Part shown: piece after piece, positions 37,064-37,507 of the stretch
How positions within the stretch are numbered: position 1 is the first letter of the stretch
Layout of the letters: each line of letters begins with the position of its first letter
Source of the DNA: Deltaproteobacteria bacterium
GTDB taxonomy: Bacteria; Desulfobacterota; B13-G15; RBG-16-54-18
DNA length: 37,507 bases
Assembly (NCBI GenBank): GCA_030672385.1
Contig: DAOVGN010000057.1
Span: 1 to 37,507 of the forward strand
Direction of reading: 5' to 3'
Made by a program: the position numbers and the translations under genes
The notes under the pieces: generated by a model
What the model saw: the letters and a program-made list of their open reading frames with translations, nothing else
What the model was told of the DNA's origin: nothing
Databases searched by the model: none

Positions 37064-37507
37064 TCCCCCTTTTCTCTGATCTTTTAAGGTCTCCTCCTGA
37101 GCCTCTCGATGGCGGCTTTGAGGCTTGTCTGCATCCTCCGTACGGCCTCAGCCAACACTCCAATCTCATCCTTCGTCTTCACCTCTATACTTGCCCCCAG
37201 GTCCCCAACGCTTATCCGATCGGCCACCTTGGCTAGATGCAGAAGGGGCTTCGTAATCCGCCGTGAGAAAAATAAGCTGAGTCCCACAGCGAAAGGAACT
37301 GTGAAGATCAAGGTGATAAAAAATATCTTTACGGCCTTAATTTTAACAGAGTCAATATATCTGTAAATCCTGTCCCGGGGCAGGAGAAACTCATCTATAT
37401 AAGTTGTGGCCGCAATGCCGTATCCGCTTCCCTCTACAGGGACACATACCATAAACTTGTCCCTTATCTTGCCATCAGGATCCTCCCATTTATAATAACC
37501 CTTCGTA
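36498..37507. repeat. 117-bp exact direct repeat (36498-36614 = 37391-37507), part of an 893-bp-period tandem gene duplication
   Basis: Base-by-base identity from tcatctatataag to cttcgta; the HAMP-coding parts (about 36210-36378 and 37103-37271) are near-identical at the same 893-bp offset. Confidence 0.92.
37084..37507 (-). CDS. paralogous Cache-like/HAMP receptor (5'-truncated by the window edge)
   Basis: Frame is open to the window end (TKGYYKWEDPDGKIRDKFMVCVP...), with TM2 and HAMP, ending LKAAIERLRRRP. Confidence 0.85.
   Translation of the reverse strand, partial: TKGYYKWEDPDGKIRDKFMVCVPVEGSGYGIAATTYIDEFLLPRDRIYRYIDSVKIKAVKIFFITLIFTVPFAVGLSLFFSRRITKPLLHLAKVADRISVGDLGASIEVKTKDEIGVLAEAVRRMQTSLKAAIERLRRRP

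Noticed and set aside
1594-37366. Numerous 60-170 aa ORFs antisense to or nested within the called genes
   Set aside because: Shadow frames of well-supported genes with no independent motifs

Overview
A 37.5-kb chromosomal stretch that looks like an anaerobic deltaproteobacterium (Desulfobacterota-like; inferred from gene content only). From left to right it holds: a small YgiT-type zinc-finger gene followed by an attC-like hairpin; a UPF0182 membrane protein; an Lpp/OprI-like alanine-zipper lipoprotein; a GNAT acetyltransferase; a minus-strand anaerobic benzoyl-CoA ring-cleavage operon (acyl-CoA dehydrogenase, biotin carrier, SDR, had, oah); ruvX-mltG-radical SAM-PilZ; a non-coding gap containing a 28-bp dif (XerC/D) site and a degenerate second copy, with KOPS-like octamers appearing to switch polarity across it; a metallophosphoesterase; mobA-TPR-rimI-pyrK-pyrD-recJ; and an amidase plus pilMNOPQ. 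Upstream of the pilus genes on the same strand is a roughly 9.4-kb signalling cluster: two duplicated Cache-HAMP receptors with no output domain, an orphan PhnD-like binding protein, a REC-PATAN(DUF4388)-roadblock-like protein, a double PATAN-like protein, MglB, MglA, a coiled-coil/CheW-like protein, a PAS histidine kinase and a sigma54 activator. This cluster is the best candidate for an undescribed receptor-coupled small-GTPase system. Its MglB lacks the acidic C-terminal helix, and a look-alike motif sits at the N-terminus of the gene coupled to mglA. All calls come from reading motifs by eye; no database searches were run.
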